35,269 nucleotides of DNA from a virus (taxonomy: Duplodnaviria; Heunggongvirae; Uroviricota; Caudoviricetes). The stretch lies in the IMG/VR virus record IMGVR_UViG_2563366848_000003; one strand, given 5' to 3'. This document shows, piece after piece, positions 10,791-19,589 of this stretch. The position numbers were made by a program, and so were the translations under genes. The stretch's first letter is position 1; the number at the start of each line of letters is the position of its first letter. The notes beneath the pieces are model-generated. The model made no database searches. It saw only the letters and a program-made list of their open reading frames with translations, and had not been told where the DNA came from.

Positions 10791-11390
10791 ATGCGTAAAC
10801 TTTATGCCGCCATTTTGTCCGCAGCCATCTGTCTGGCCGTATCCGGTGCGCCTGCATGGGCGTCTGAACATCAGTCCACGCTGAGCGCGGGCTATCTTCA
10901 TGCCTCGACGAACGTTTCCGGCAGCGATGATCTGAACGGGATTAACGTGAAATACCGTTATGAGTTTACGGACACGCTGGGAATGGTGACGTCATTCAGC
11001 TATGCAGGAGACAAGAATCGCCAGCTTACCCGTTACAGCGATACCCGCTGGCATGAAGATTCCGTGCGTAACCGCTGGTTCAGCGTAATGGCGGGGCCGT
11101 CTGTGCGCGTGAATGAATGGTTCAGCGCGTATGCGATGGCGGGTGTGGCTTACAGCCGTGTGTCGACTTTCTCCGGGGATTATCTCCGCGTAATTGACAA
11201 CAAGGGGAAAACGCACGACGTGCTGACCGGAAGTGATGACGGTCGCCACAGCAACACGTCTCTGGCGTGGGGAGCTGGCGTGCAGTTTAACCCGACCGAA
11301 TCCGTGGCCATTGATATTGCTTATGAAGGCTCCGGCAGTGGTGACTGGCGCACTGACGGTTTCATCGTGGGTGTCGGTTATAAATTCTGA
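10791..11390 (+). CDS. lom: Lom outer-membrane beta-barrel protein (Ail/Lom family)
   Basis: 199-aa ORF with a signal peptide ([24 protein letters not shown]), alternating beta-strand pattern and C-terminal ...GVGYKF; located after J as in lambda. SD GAGAGG upstream. Confidence 0.9.
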
Positions 11391-11416
11391 TTAGCCAGGT
11401 AACACAGTGTTATGAC

Positions 11417-11443
11417 AGCCCGCCGGTTCAGGCGGGCTTTTTT
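11417..11443 (+). terminator. rho-independent terminator after lom
   Basis: AGCCCGCCggttcaGGCGGGCT followed by TTTTT. Confidence 0.6.
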
Positions 11444-11454
11444 GTGGGGGGAAT

Positions 11455-14349
11455 ATGGCAGTACGGATTTCAGGTGTACTGAAAGATGGCGCAGGTAAGC
11501 CGATACAAAACTGCACCATTCAGCTAAAGGCCAGGCGCAACAGCACCACGGTGGTGGTGAACACAGTGGCCTCAGAAAACCCGGATGAAGCCGGGCGTTA
11601 CACAATGGACGTCGAGTATGGTCAGTACAGCGTCAGTCTGTTGGTGGAGGGATTCCCGCCGTCACACGCCGGGATTATCACCGTATATGAGGACTCAAAG
11701 CCGGGCACACTGAATGATTTCCTCGGTGCAATGACGGAGGATGATGTCCGGCCAGAGGCACTGCGCCGTTTTGAACTGATGGTGGAAGAGGTGGCGCGTA
11801 ACGCGTCCGCAGTGGCACAGAACACGGCAGCCGCGAAGAAGTCAGCCGGCGATGCCGGCACATCTGCCCGTGAGGCGGCAACCCATGCGACTGATGCTGC
11901 AGGCTCAGCACGCGCAGCCAGCACGTCAGCCGGACAGGCCGCTTCGTCGGCTCAGTCAGCGTCTTCCAGCGCAGGAACGGCATCAGCAAAGGCCACTGAA
12001 GCATCAAAAAGTGCTGCCGCTGCAGAGTCCTCAAAAAGCGCGGCGGCCACCAGTGCCGCTGCGGCAAAAACGTCAGAAACGAATGCGGCAGCGTCACAAC
12101 AATCAGCAGCCACTTCAGCATCCACCGCAACCACGAAAGCGTCAGAAGCTGCCACCTCAGCCCGGGATGCGTCGGCTTCAAAAGAGGCGGCAAAATCATC
12201 AGAAACGAGCGCAGCCTCGAGCGCCAGCAGCGCAGCTTCCTCGGCAACGGCGACAGCAAATTCTGCGAAGGCGGCAAAAACGTCCGAGACGAACGCCAAG
12301 GCTTCTGAAACGGCAGCGGGACAGAGTGCCTCAGCTGCGGCAGGCTCAAAAACAGCGGCTGCGTCGTCTGCCAGTGCCGCGTCAACAAGTGCCGGGCAGG
12401 CCTCAGCCAGTGCCACCGCCGCCGGAAAATCGGCAGAAAGTGCTGCATCGTCCGCTTCAACAGCCACAACGAAGGCTGGCGAAGCCGCTGTACAGGCCAG
12501 CGCAGCAGCGAGGTCTGCTTCCGCAGCGAAGACATCCGAAACGAATGCGAAAGCGTCGGAAACCCGTGCAGAATCCTCAAAAACGGCAGCCGCATCGTCC
12601 GCCAGTTCGGCAGCGTCATCGGCATCATCTGCGTCTGCTTCAAAAGATGAGGCGACCAGACAGGCGTCAGCAGCGAAGGGCAGCGCCACGACGGCATCCA
12701 CGAAAGCAACAGAGGCGGCAGGCAGTGCGACGGCAGCATCTCAGAGCAAAACTGCTGCTGAATCCGCTGCGACCCGTGCGGAAGCTGCTGCTGATCGTGC
12801 TGAAGAGATTGCCGGTGCAGTTGCGATGGAAGACGCAAGCCTTACAACTAAAGGTGTTGTGAAACTTAGCAGTGCTGTTGATAGCACCAGTGAATCGCTG
12901 GCCGCAACGCCAAAAGCAGTTAAAGCAGCCAATGACAATGCGAATAGCAGGGTGCCATCTAACCGAAAAGTTAACGGAAAAGCACTGACTGCGGATATAA
13001 CATTAACGCCGAAAGATATTGGTACTTTAAATTCAGTAACGATGTCTTTCTCTGGCGGGGCTGGGTGGTTCAAACTGGCTACGGTTACCATGCCACAAGC
13101 GAGTTCCATCGTTTACATCGCATTGATTGGTGGCGCTGGTTACAACGTCGGTTCCCCACATCAGGCAGGCATTTCAGAACTGGTTCTACGAGCAGGCAAT
13201 GGAAACCCCAAAGGAATTACCGGGGCTTTGTGGAAGCGTACAGCCGTCGGATTAACGAATTTCGCCTGGATCAACACATCCGGCGATACATATGATATTT
13301 ACGTTGAGATTGGCAATTATGCGACTCGTGTAAATATCCATTGGGATTGTACTGCAAATGCGACAGTTTCTATTTATACATCGCCAACATATTCAGCGAG
13401 TAAGCCTTCCAGCGTTACCGATGGTGTTGTTTATACGATGTATAGCACACATCAGAAACCGACGCCGTTAGATATTGGAGCACTGCCAACAACCGGAGGA
13501 ACAGTTTCAGGTCCGTTGTCTGTTACAGGTGGATTAACTGGTTCATTGAATGGTAATGCAAGTACAGCCACGAAATTGCAGACGGCAAGATCTATCGGTG
13601 GAGTTGTTTTCGACGGTTCTGCAAATATTAACCTTCCAGGTGTAAACACTACGGGTAATCAGAACACCACTGGTAATGCTGCAACTGCCACAAAACTACA
13701 GACTGCACGGAATATCAACGGCGTTCCGTTTGACGGCACGAAGGATATTACGCTTACGCCTAAAGATCTGGATGCCTACAGCAAAAGCGAAGTACAGAGC
13801 GCACTGGCGGGCAAACAACCGCTGGACAATACGCTGACTAATTTGAGTGGAAAGGATGTAGCTGGTCTTCTCGCATACCTTGGTTTGGGCGAAACGATAA
13901 ATAAAGCCTCCGGAGCTATGCAGAAATCGGCTAATGGAGCTGATATTTCTGATGTATCAGCCTTCCGAAATGCGCTCCAGTTAGGGACCGCCGCAACACG
14001 AGATGTTGGAGCAGATAATGCCTCGAAGTTACTGGATTTAGACAGCTTCAGGTCAATGATGTCAGGGAATGGCTACATCTACATTCCATGCATTGCGACG
14101 ACAGGAAACCCGGTGAAACTTATGTTGCAGTGGGGAACGGTGGCAACACAAAAGGGAGCTGATGCTGGATATGCCTTACCATTTGCTTTTCCCTATGCAG
14201 GCTTATTTGCGACCGGAAACCGTGGAACATCTGGCTACAATGCCGCGATGAATGTGCGTATTGCCAGCAGAACGCATATCAGTATTCAGAACTGGTCGCC
14301 ATCCGGAGAGGGCACCGAAGATTGTTGTTTTATCGCGCTGGGGTATTAA
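11455..14349 (+). CDS. stf: side tail fibre protein Stf (extended, 964 aa)
   Basis: N-terminus MAVRISGVLKDGAGKPIQNCTIQLKARRNSTTVVVNTVASENPDEAGRY as in lambda Stf; ~300-aa Ala/Ser/Thr-rich region; two phage tail fibre repeat motifs (ATKLQTAR-x-I-x-GV-x-FDG); distinct C-terminal domain ending ...FIALGY. Confidence 0.9.
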   Translation: MAVRISGVLKDGAGKPIQNCTIQLKARRNSTTVVVNTVASENPDEAGRYTMDVEYGQYSVSLLVEGFPPSHAGIITVYEDSKPGTLNDFLGAMTEDDVRPEALRRFELMVEEVARNASAVAQNTAAAKKSAGDAGTSAREAATHATDAAGSARAASTSAGQAASSAQSASSSAGTASAKATEASKSAAAAESSKSAAATSAAAAKTSETNAAASQQSAATSASTATTKASEAATSARDASASKEAAKSSETSAASSASSAASSATATANSAKAAKTSETNAKASETAAGQSASAAAGSKTAAASSASAASTSAGQASASATAAGKSAESAASSASTATTKAGEAAVQASAAARSASAAKTSETNAKASETRAESSKTAAASSASSAASSASSASASKDEATRQASAAKGSATTASTKATEAAGSATAASQSKTAAESAATRAEAAADRAEEIAGAVAMEDASLTTKGVVKLSSAVDSTSESLAATPKAVKAANDNANSRVPSNRKVNGKALTADITLTPKDIGTLNSVTMSFSGGAGWFKLATVTMPQASSIVYIALIGGAGYNVGSPHQAGISELVLRAGNGNPKGITGALWKRTAVGLTNFAWINTSGDTYDIYVEIGNYATRVNIHWDCTANATVSIYTSPTYSASKPSSVTDGVVYTMYSTHQKPTPLDIGALPTTGGTVSGPLSVTGGLTGSLNGNASTATKLQTARSIGGVVFDGSANINLPGVNTTGNQNTTGNAATATKLQTARNINGVPFDGTKDITLTPKDLDAYSKSEVQSALAGKQPLDNTLTNLSGKDVAGLLAYLGLGETINKASGAMQKSANGADISDVSAFRNALQLGTAATRDVGADNASKLLDLDSFRSMMSGNGYIYIPCIATTGNPVKLMLQWGTVATQKGADAGYALPFAFPYAGLFATGNRGTSGYNAAMNVRIASRTHISIQNWSPSGEGTEDCCFIALGY
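11850..12800 (+). repeat. intragenic low-complexity Ala/Ser/Thr coding repeats within stf
   Basis: Reiterated peptide units (AAKTSETNAKASE, SAASSASSAASSA) and matching DNA motifs such as gcggcaaaaacgtc[ac]ga[ag]acgaa at ~12061 and ~12274; similar unit at ~12523. These drive the long shadow ORFs on both strands (11678-12838, 11852-12862, 11952-12701). Confidence 0.8.
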
Positions 14350-14351
14350 GA

Positions 14352-14762
14352 ATGAATAAATTTTATAAAGGCTCTTTCTATCCGAAAGCACTAAAAGAGG
14401 TATATATCAGCGCCGGTTCATGGCCTGAAAATGGCGTTGATGTTGATGATGAAACAATGGCAATTTACACAGGCGTAGCGCCACAAGGCAAAACGCTGGG
14501 GGCTGATAAAAATGGTAATCCTGCGTGGATTGATATCCCGCCACTCTCCGCTGAACAACAGATTATTCAGGCTGAACAGAAAAGAACGGTATTGCGTTCT
14601 ATGGCTGATAAGGAAATAGCCTGGAGACAGGATGCTTTTGATGCGGAAATCGCGACGGCAGAAGAAACCGCCGCGTTATCTGAATGGAAAAAATACCGGG
14701 TCTTGCTGATGCGCGTTGATACAGCAAAACCCGTATGGCCTGTCAATCCGCAGGATATTTAA
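14352..14762 (+). CDS. tfa: tail fibre assembly protein Tfa
   Basis: ATG at 14352 directly after the stf stop (MNKFYKGSFYPKALKEVY...); conserved Tfa C-terminal motif ETAALSEWKKYRVLLMRVDTAKPVWPVNP. The tabulated start at 14322 overlaps stf and is less likely. Confidence 0.85.
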   Translation: MNKFYKGSFYPKALKEVYISAGSWPENGVDVDDETMAIYTGVAPQGKTLGADKNGNPAWIDIPPLSAEQQIIQAEQKRTVLRSMADKEIAWRQDAFDAEIATAEETAALSEWKKYRVLLMRVDTAKPVWPVNPQDI

Positions 14763-14976
14763 CGGGGGCGTTGTAGGTGGTGACATATTCAAGCAGTTCT
14801 GTTGGATATGTCACCGTTGCTGCATCTCGCTCTACGTTAAATGTATCCGCTCCCCAGATAACACACTCCCTCAAAAATGCCTCCACCTCTGGCGAGACTT
14901 CAACCGCATCATCAGGTCGCTCTTGTTCAGAAACATAAAAACCAACGGTCGTTGGGCTGAAATACATATTCTCCAT
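14743..14976 (-). pseudogene. inverted alternative tail-fibre assembly gene tfa' (N-terminal 77 aa only)
   Basis: Minus-strand ORF MENMYFSPTTVGFYVSEQ... has a Tfa-type N-terminus (YFS...GFY) but lacks the conserved Tfa C-terminal domain; its 3' end overlaps tfa. Confidence 0.45.
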
Positions 14977-14978
14977 AT

Positions 14979-15452
14979 TTAGTATCCTATTGCTTCAAAA
15001 TGCAAAGTCGGAATTTCGCCGAGATTGGGTGTCGTATACGACACAGTGAATCGCGTTCTTGATACGTCAGTGCCAGAATCAGTATCGCGATGCGTTGCCA
15101 GTGATTTCCCAGCCATTGTTGCCTGGGTCGAAAAGCTGTAACTCGCTAGTGTTGCCAGCGTTGCTATTTGTGCATTTGGGAATTGTCTGGGGAAATTAAC
15201 CCTGTAGTAATGGGTGTAGTACAGCACTCCACCAAGAGTAATTGCGTTGAAATTACCAACAGGCGTCAGTGTCACAGTACCAACCTGTCGAATCATACCA
15301 TTTGGGAGAATATCCCAGGCAGTTTGTCCGTTTCGCGACATACCAAATGCGGACATGTCCGGGAGTTGATTATTACCGGTTCCGACATTACGTTTTGCCG
15401 CTTCTCCCAATTGAACGTTTATGAAAATGCAGAAATAGCGCGCAAATGGCAT
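14979..15452 (-). pseudogene. inverted alternative tail-fibre C-terminal segment (Sv'-like), no start of its own
   Basis: Minus-strand frame ending ...PTLHFEAIGY, paralleling the stf C-terminus ...CCFIALGY and sharing a D-x-SAF motif. Position and orientation (stf-tfa / tfa'-Sv' / pin) match Mu G, P1 C and e14 P invertible segments. Confidence 0.5.
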
Positions 15453-15481
15453 CGTTCCTGTTTTTGTCAGGAGGAGCTATC

Positions 15482-15610
15482 ATGCTTATTGGCTATGTTC
15501 GCGTATCAACAAATGACCAGAACACAGATCTACAACGTAATGCGCTGAACTGTGCAGGATGCGAGCTGATTTTTGAAGACAAGATAAGCGGTACAAAGTC
15601 CGAAACCTAG
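15482..15610 (+). pseudogene. pin: truncated serine DNA invertase (Pin/Gin/Hin family), first 42 codons only
   Basis: MLIGYVRVSTNDQNTDLQRNALNCAGCELIFEDKISGTKSET* matches the N-terminus of Pin/Gin including the catalytic Ser in VRVSTNDQ; the frame stops at TAG 15608-15610 and similarity is lost thereafter. Confidence 0.8.
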
Positions 15611-15657
15611 GGCTGACACTGCTGTTCTTGTTGCAAATTAAAGGATTTAATAGTGAG

Positions 15658-15685
15658 TAGCGGCCTTACTAATGTAAGGCCGCTA
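15658..15685. terminator. perfect 12-bp-stem hairpin at the pin'/cargo junction
   Basis: TAGCGGCCTTACtaatGTAAGGCCGCTA lies 21 nt downstream of the minus-strand DUF262 gene stop and 48 nt after the pin' stop. Confidence 0.4.
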
Positions 15686-15705
15686 TAATCATTTTATTAA
15701 TTGCA

Positions 15706-17595
15706 TTAATCGTGTTTTGGCCATACTTTCAATGCAATTTCCCCCAACTTTTTACCCCGCTCCAGGATTTCATCCTCATCCCATTTATCCTTAACTATAA
15801 GTGGAATGTTCAGTCGTAGATTGGTGTGGACGATGAGAGCATCACGTTTTTTCAGAAATACAGCATTCTGAACAGAACGGTTTACGCTAAGGTTAAGCAA
15901 AGTTAGATTTCCCAACGTAGCTATCGCTTGTTGCCGTTTCCTTACCAGTAGCTGTTCTGGGGTAAGATCGGTTCCAGACAGAACAATTTGGTTCAATACC
16001 GTAGCATCTGAATTTGTCACCATATGACCATTTTCGAGAGGCCAACAGGAATACCAACTTTGAGGCATAAGATGATCGATATCGAGGTTAGAAAGATTTG
16101 GAACATCAGGCTTCTCTGTCTTCACTTGGCGACAAAGTTCTCTTTCAAGTTCCGTTAACATTGAGCGCATTTTCGGTGCGTCGAGCCTGCCAGGATAAAG
16201 TGGAGCATTGATGCAAGCGTTGAGAAATTCTGAGTCCCCAGGCCAACGTGAGGCTTCGCCATTTAAGCTATTGAGGATATTACGTAACTCAACACTGGAA
16301 ATTTCTGTTTTAGACAAGTGCCGCAATACATTCATAAATACATTGTTGTAATTCTTTGGCGTCAGGCCACATACGGCTCTTCGTACTACGTAGGAGACAA
16401 GATCATTATACATGGCTGCTTTCTCATCATCGGCGATGTTAGCTATCGAAATGAACAAAGCAAGCGGATAAAGTGTCGTCACATCATAGGCTGCGATGCG
16501 ATGTCCAAAGTGTGAGATGGGGGTTGTGCCAAAACCACCAACCAATTCTTTATATTGTGATGCATATTGTTTGAGGCGCTTTACTTGCAGATCTGCTCGT
16601 TGTGAAGGCAAGTCCTTACTTACATAATCACGATACTCATTGTAAAGACGAGACAGATCGATTTCACGTTGCCTTTCTGATTGCAATGTTGCATGCACTA
16701 GCCACTCCATGCGTGGTTTATTAATACGACCACGACGTTGTCTTTCTGACCAGTACGTATCTTCAAAGATCTTCCACTCATTCTCATATAATTCAACAGC
16801 ATTAATATTTTCATGTTCAGCGCACATAAAAATATAATTGCGAATAAGATCTGTGGCATGAAGTTCCGCACCTCTGCCATTTAATGTTTCAAAAATTATT
16901 TGAGCGTCATCTTCAGCCTCGAGAAATATGCTTACTAGTTTCAGATCCGTCAAGACAGCCTCAATTAATGCTACAGCATTTTCTCGTGGTGAGTGATTTT
17001 CTATTTTAATCCACTTTATAAAGGCTTCAGTAAAAAAACATAATGCTTCTAGTGATGGCGGGTGATTAAAATGCTTACGCAACGTACCATGCTGCGTGAA
17101 ACTATCAGAGAATACATTCCGGATATCGTCAATATTTTCAACATTAAAACTTTGAATAAAATGAGTTTGATCCCGAAAAGTTGGCCACAGTTTGAAGCGC
17201 TCTACTTCTTTATTTCGCATTGTGTCTTCGTTTGAGTTTTTCAGGCAAGACGAAATGAGAGGCTCTAAGTTGGAAAGATCTGTCGCACGTAATGCTAATC
17301 GGATGGATGCCAGAACATATTGAAGAGTGGTCAATCGTTGCTGACCATCAATAATATGTATGGAATCTACACCGAATAATCCTTTTTTTGGTTGAGGTTC
17401 CAGTACCACTGCACCAAGGAAATGGGGAGTTGGTTTTGTACCCGAGAGCCGGGATTGTGCTTTCTCTAGGATATCCTCCAGTAGAGCTGACCATTGGTTT
17501 CGCTGAGTCCATACATAGGCACGTTGATAGAATGGAACACAGTATTGTCGGCGGTCTTGAAAAAGTTGTTGGACAGTTAGCGTCTCGGATTTCAT
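15706..17595 (-). CDS. DUF262 (ParB-like NTPase, DGQQR) + DUF1524 (His-Me finger nuclease) protein; GmrSD-family putative type IV restriction endonuclease
   Basis: N-terminal motifs PFYQRAYVWT and IIDGQQRLTTL; C-terminal LDIDHLMPQS...N; about 630 aa. Start chosen at the ATG (17595) preceded by AGG, giving MKSETLTVQQLF...; an upstream in-frame ATG at 17655 has no SD. AT-rich relative to the flanking phage genes. Confidence 0.8.
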   Translation of the reverse strand: MKSETLTVQQLFQDRRQYCVPFYQRAYVWTQRNQWSALLEDILEKAQSRLSGTKPTPHFLGAVVLEPQPKKGLFGVDSIHIIDGQQRLTTLQYVLASIRLALRATDLSNLEPLISSCLKNSNEDTMRNKEVERFKLWPTFRDQTHFIQSFNVENIDDIRNVFSDSFTQHGTLRKHFNHPPSLEALCFFTEAFIKWIKIENHSPRENAVALIEAVLTDLKLVSIFLEAEDDAQIIFETLNGRGAELHATDLIRNYIFMCAEHENINAVELYENEWKIFEDTYWSERQRRGRINKPRMEWLVHATLQSERQREIDLSRLYNEYRDYVSKDLPSQRADLQVKRLKQYASQYKELVGGFGTTPISHFGHRIAAYDVTTLYPLALFISIANIADDEKAAMYNDLVSYVVRRAVCGLTPKNYNNVFMNVLRHLSKTEISSVELRNILNSLNGEASRWPGDSEFLNACINAPLYPGRLDAPKMRSMLTELERELCRQVKTEKPDVPNLSNLDIDHLMPQSWYSCWPLENGHMVTNSDATVLNQIVLSGTDLTPEQLLVRKRQQAIATLGNLTLLNLSVNRSVQNAVFLKKRDALIVHTNLRLNIPLIVKDKWDEDEILERGKKLGEIALKVWPKHD

Positions 17596-18065
17596 GGTAT
17601 ACCTGTAAGCGACATTGTACAAAAGTGAGGAGTTAATCTGATTTAGAACAATCATTTTATGTTGCTATGATACAACGTATTTGTTACCGGTTAAGTAAAA
17701 AACGCGTCTGAACGCTGACGTTTTAGGGCTTTACTAGTTATTCTTTCTTATCTCTTCATCATCCCATCGGCATCCTGTCGAGGTTGTTGACTTGTTGTTA
17801 TTTATTTTGTTTAGGCGCTGTTTAATTATTATTGATGGGACTGGTGGTGAGAGGTGATTGAAACCGCAGACAGGTCGTATGCAAGACGTGCTGCGGTTGG
17901 CTGATGCACTTTTGATAGTGCAAGTATTGAATGATTGCCAGTCACAGCGGATTGTACTTAGGTAATATGACGGTTCAAGGCGTTTAAACTGAAACCATCC
18001 ACATATCAGTCTCTTCAAACATTTCCTAAATCGTTCGGCTTATCTGTTCTTTCTCACGTTTGCTG

Positions 18066-18460
18066 ACGTCAGTGCTGATTGCCGGCAGTGTCATCATCGG
18101 TTTTACACGATACCCTTTGCGTTGAACGAGTCGTACTACTGTAACAGCGCGTCGGTGAAGCTGCTCATCCCGACACAGGACAGTCGGGATATCATTGCAG
18201 TAGCAACGGGGAGTCTGGATGCAATATGGAAAGACGGACACCGATATCAGAAAGCCGGGGTAATGCTGGGGGACTTCTTCAGTCAGAGCATGCCCTAACC
18301 TATTCGACGATAACGCGCTGGGTCCTGGGAGCGAAAAGTTAATGAGCGTGCTGGAGCACCTCAATGCAAAAGACGGGAAGGAAACACTCTGTTTCGCTGG
18401 GCAGGGCATTCAGCAGCAGTGGCAGATGAAACGCGAGATATTTTCGCACCGGTATACAAC
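18066..18460 (+). pseudogene. umuC: 3' remnant of umuC-like Y-family polymerase gene, frameshifted
   Basis: Translation reads ...RFYTIPFALNESYYCNSASVKLLIPTQDSRDIIAVATGSLDAIWKDGHRYQKAGVMLGDFFSQ then, after a frame break, ...LMSVLEHLNAKDGKETLCFAGQGIQQQWQMKRE..., matching the C-terminal ~120 aa of UmuC. No N-terminal portion or umuD is present. Confidence 0.6.
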
Positions 18461-18525
18461 TAGATTTTCTGGCATTTTAGGTGGTTAGATAGATATTTAT
18501 GCTCTACGCAATGAATATGAGAGAA

Positions 18526-19191
18526 TTAATTGTCTAAGCTGGTATAATATGAATAAAGGCTTTTTCCCATTATTTTCTCTAAATCCTTTTTGTTTCTAAA
18601 GAAAATGTTTGAGATATGCTGATGATAATACTTTATAATGATTCTCATCAGCGCCGATACTACTTCATGAAGTTTTTTCACCATTTTATGCTGTGTTGAA
18701 TTACAATCTCCCTCCATAAGTGATATAAATGTTGATGTAACATTTAGGTTCGCTTGGGGGGAGGAGTGAACATAATAACAGGCGTTGATATAGACATTAT
18801 GTAAATAAGACCAGCCTTCATCGACTTGTTGGGCTTTTAAGAAGTCAAAGTCTCTACGACGTACAGTTTGGTCAAAATCCCCACCATTGTAGTTCTTATT
18901 GAGGCTTATTCTGGCCACATGCTCCACCATTGAGCGGAAGTTCAGTTGGAGATACCGTTCTCTTTTTTTTATAATGGCAATTAAGGAGTTTAAGGTATCA
19001 TATATAAAACCTTTTATATAAGAAGAGTGATTTAGATTAGGATTGTGACTTAAAATTGTATTACAAAGACTTATTTGCCTAAATATTGATACTGATTTGT
19101 TTATTTCATCAGTGGTTCTGAGGTGCTTTTGCACCTCCGCTCTAAAATAATTTACATCTCTTCCAATGTTGAAGGGATCCTGCGTGAGCAT
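18526..19191 (-). CDS. hypothetical protein (221 aa), third gene of the ParA-like operon
   Basis: AT-rich ORF; its start overlaps the stop of the upstream 132-aa gene (translational coupling). No family recognised by eye. Confidence 0.6.
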   Translation of the reverse strand: MLTQDPFNIGRDVNYFRAEVQKHLRTTDEINKSVSIFRQISLCNTILSHNPNLNHSSYIKGFIYDTLNSLIAIIKKRERYLQLNFRSMVEHVARISLNKNYNGGDFDQTVRRRDFDFLKAQQVDEGWSYLHNVYINACYYVHSSPQANLNVTSTFISLMEGDCNSTQHKMVKKLHEVVSALMRIIIKYYHQHISNIFFRNKKDLEKIMGKSLYSYYTSLDN

Positions 19192-19589
19192 TATTCTTCT
19201 TCCTTTTTATTTGCATTAATCCAAATATTTAAATTCCTTATAGCATGCTTGCTTTTAGATGTGGATTTTTGGCTTGTTTTATTTGCATCATTAAAAATAA
19301 TGTCTAATGTGTTAATGTTGTTTAAGAAATGCGTATAAGCCATCTTTATGTCATTCTCACTTAATTCATTAATATGTCTGCAAATTTTAGCGCACATCAA
19401 AGTTCTTGACCGTACAGCATAATTCAAAAAAGATATTTTGAAGGTTTTGTTAATAAATTTACTAACATCAAAATTTGATCTAAAAACCTCTTTTGAAAGA
19501 ATCAACATAATTACCAAGCCTAAGAAGTTTTCTTTGGTCATGGGCATATTATTAGCTTTATTGAGCGCTTTAATTAATTGTTTATTCAT
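19191..19589 (-). CDS. hypothetical small protein (132 aa), second gene of the ParA-like operon
   Basis: Start overlaps the ParA-like gene 3' end by 8 nt; Lys/Asn-rich; no family recognised. Could be a small centromere-binding or adaptor protein. Confidence 0.5.
   Translation of the reverse strand: MNKQLIKALNKANNMPMTKENFLGLVIMLILSKEVFRSNFDVSKFINKTFKISFLNYAVRSRTLMCAKICRHINELSENDIKMAYTHFLNNINTLDIIFNDANKTSQKSTSKSKHAIRNLNIWINANKKEEE

Noticed and set aside
11850-12800. Possible CRISPR-like or tandem repeat array
   Set aside because: The repeats are in-frame coding repeats of the tail fibre, not spacer-repeat units; no CRISPR array or cas genes were seen anywhere in the window.
11678-12862. Long ORFs on both strands (386, 336 and 249 aa) overlapping the stf repeat region
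   Set aside because: Artefacts of the GC-rich Ala/Ser codon repeats in stf, which leave alternative frames free of stops; the products are low-complexity and overlap a gene with clear lambda Stf homology.
15168-15548. 126-aa plus-strand ORF spanning the Sv'/pin junction
   Set aside because: Out of frame with the recognisable pin N-terminus and antisense to the Sv' segment; explained by the pin' fragment (15482-15610).
17734-18018. 94-aa minus-strand ORF between the DUF262 gene and the umuC remnant
   Set aside because: No RBS, odd composition, lies in what looks like promoter/junction sequence; not supported as a gene.
18026-18409. 127-aa minus-strand ORF
   Set aside because: Antisense to the umuC remnant, whose sense-strand translation matches UmuC; no RBS.
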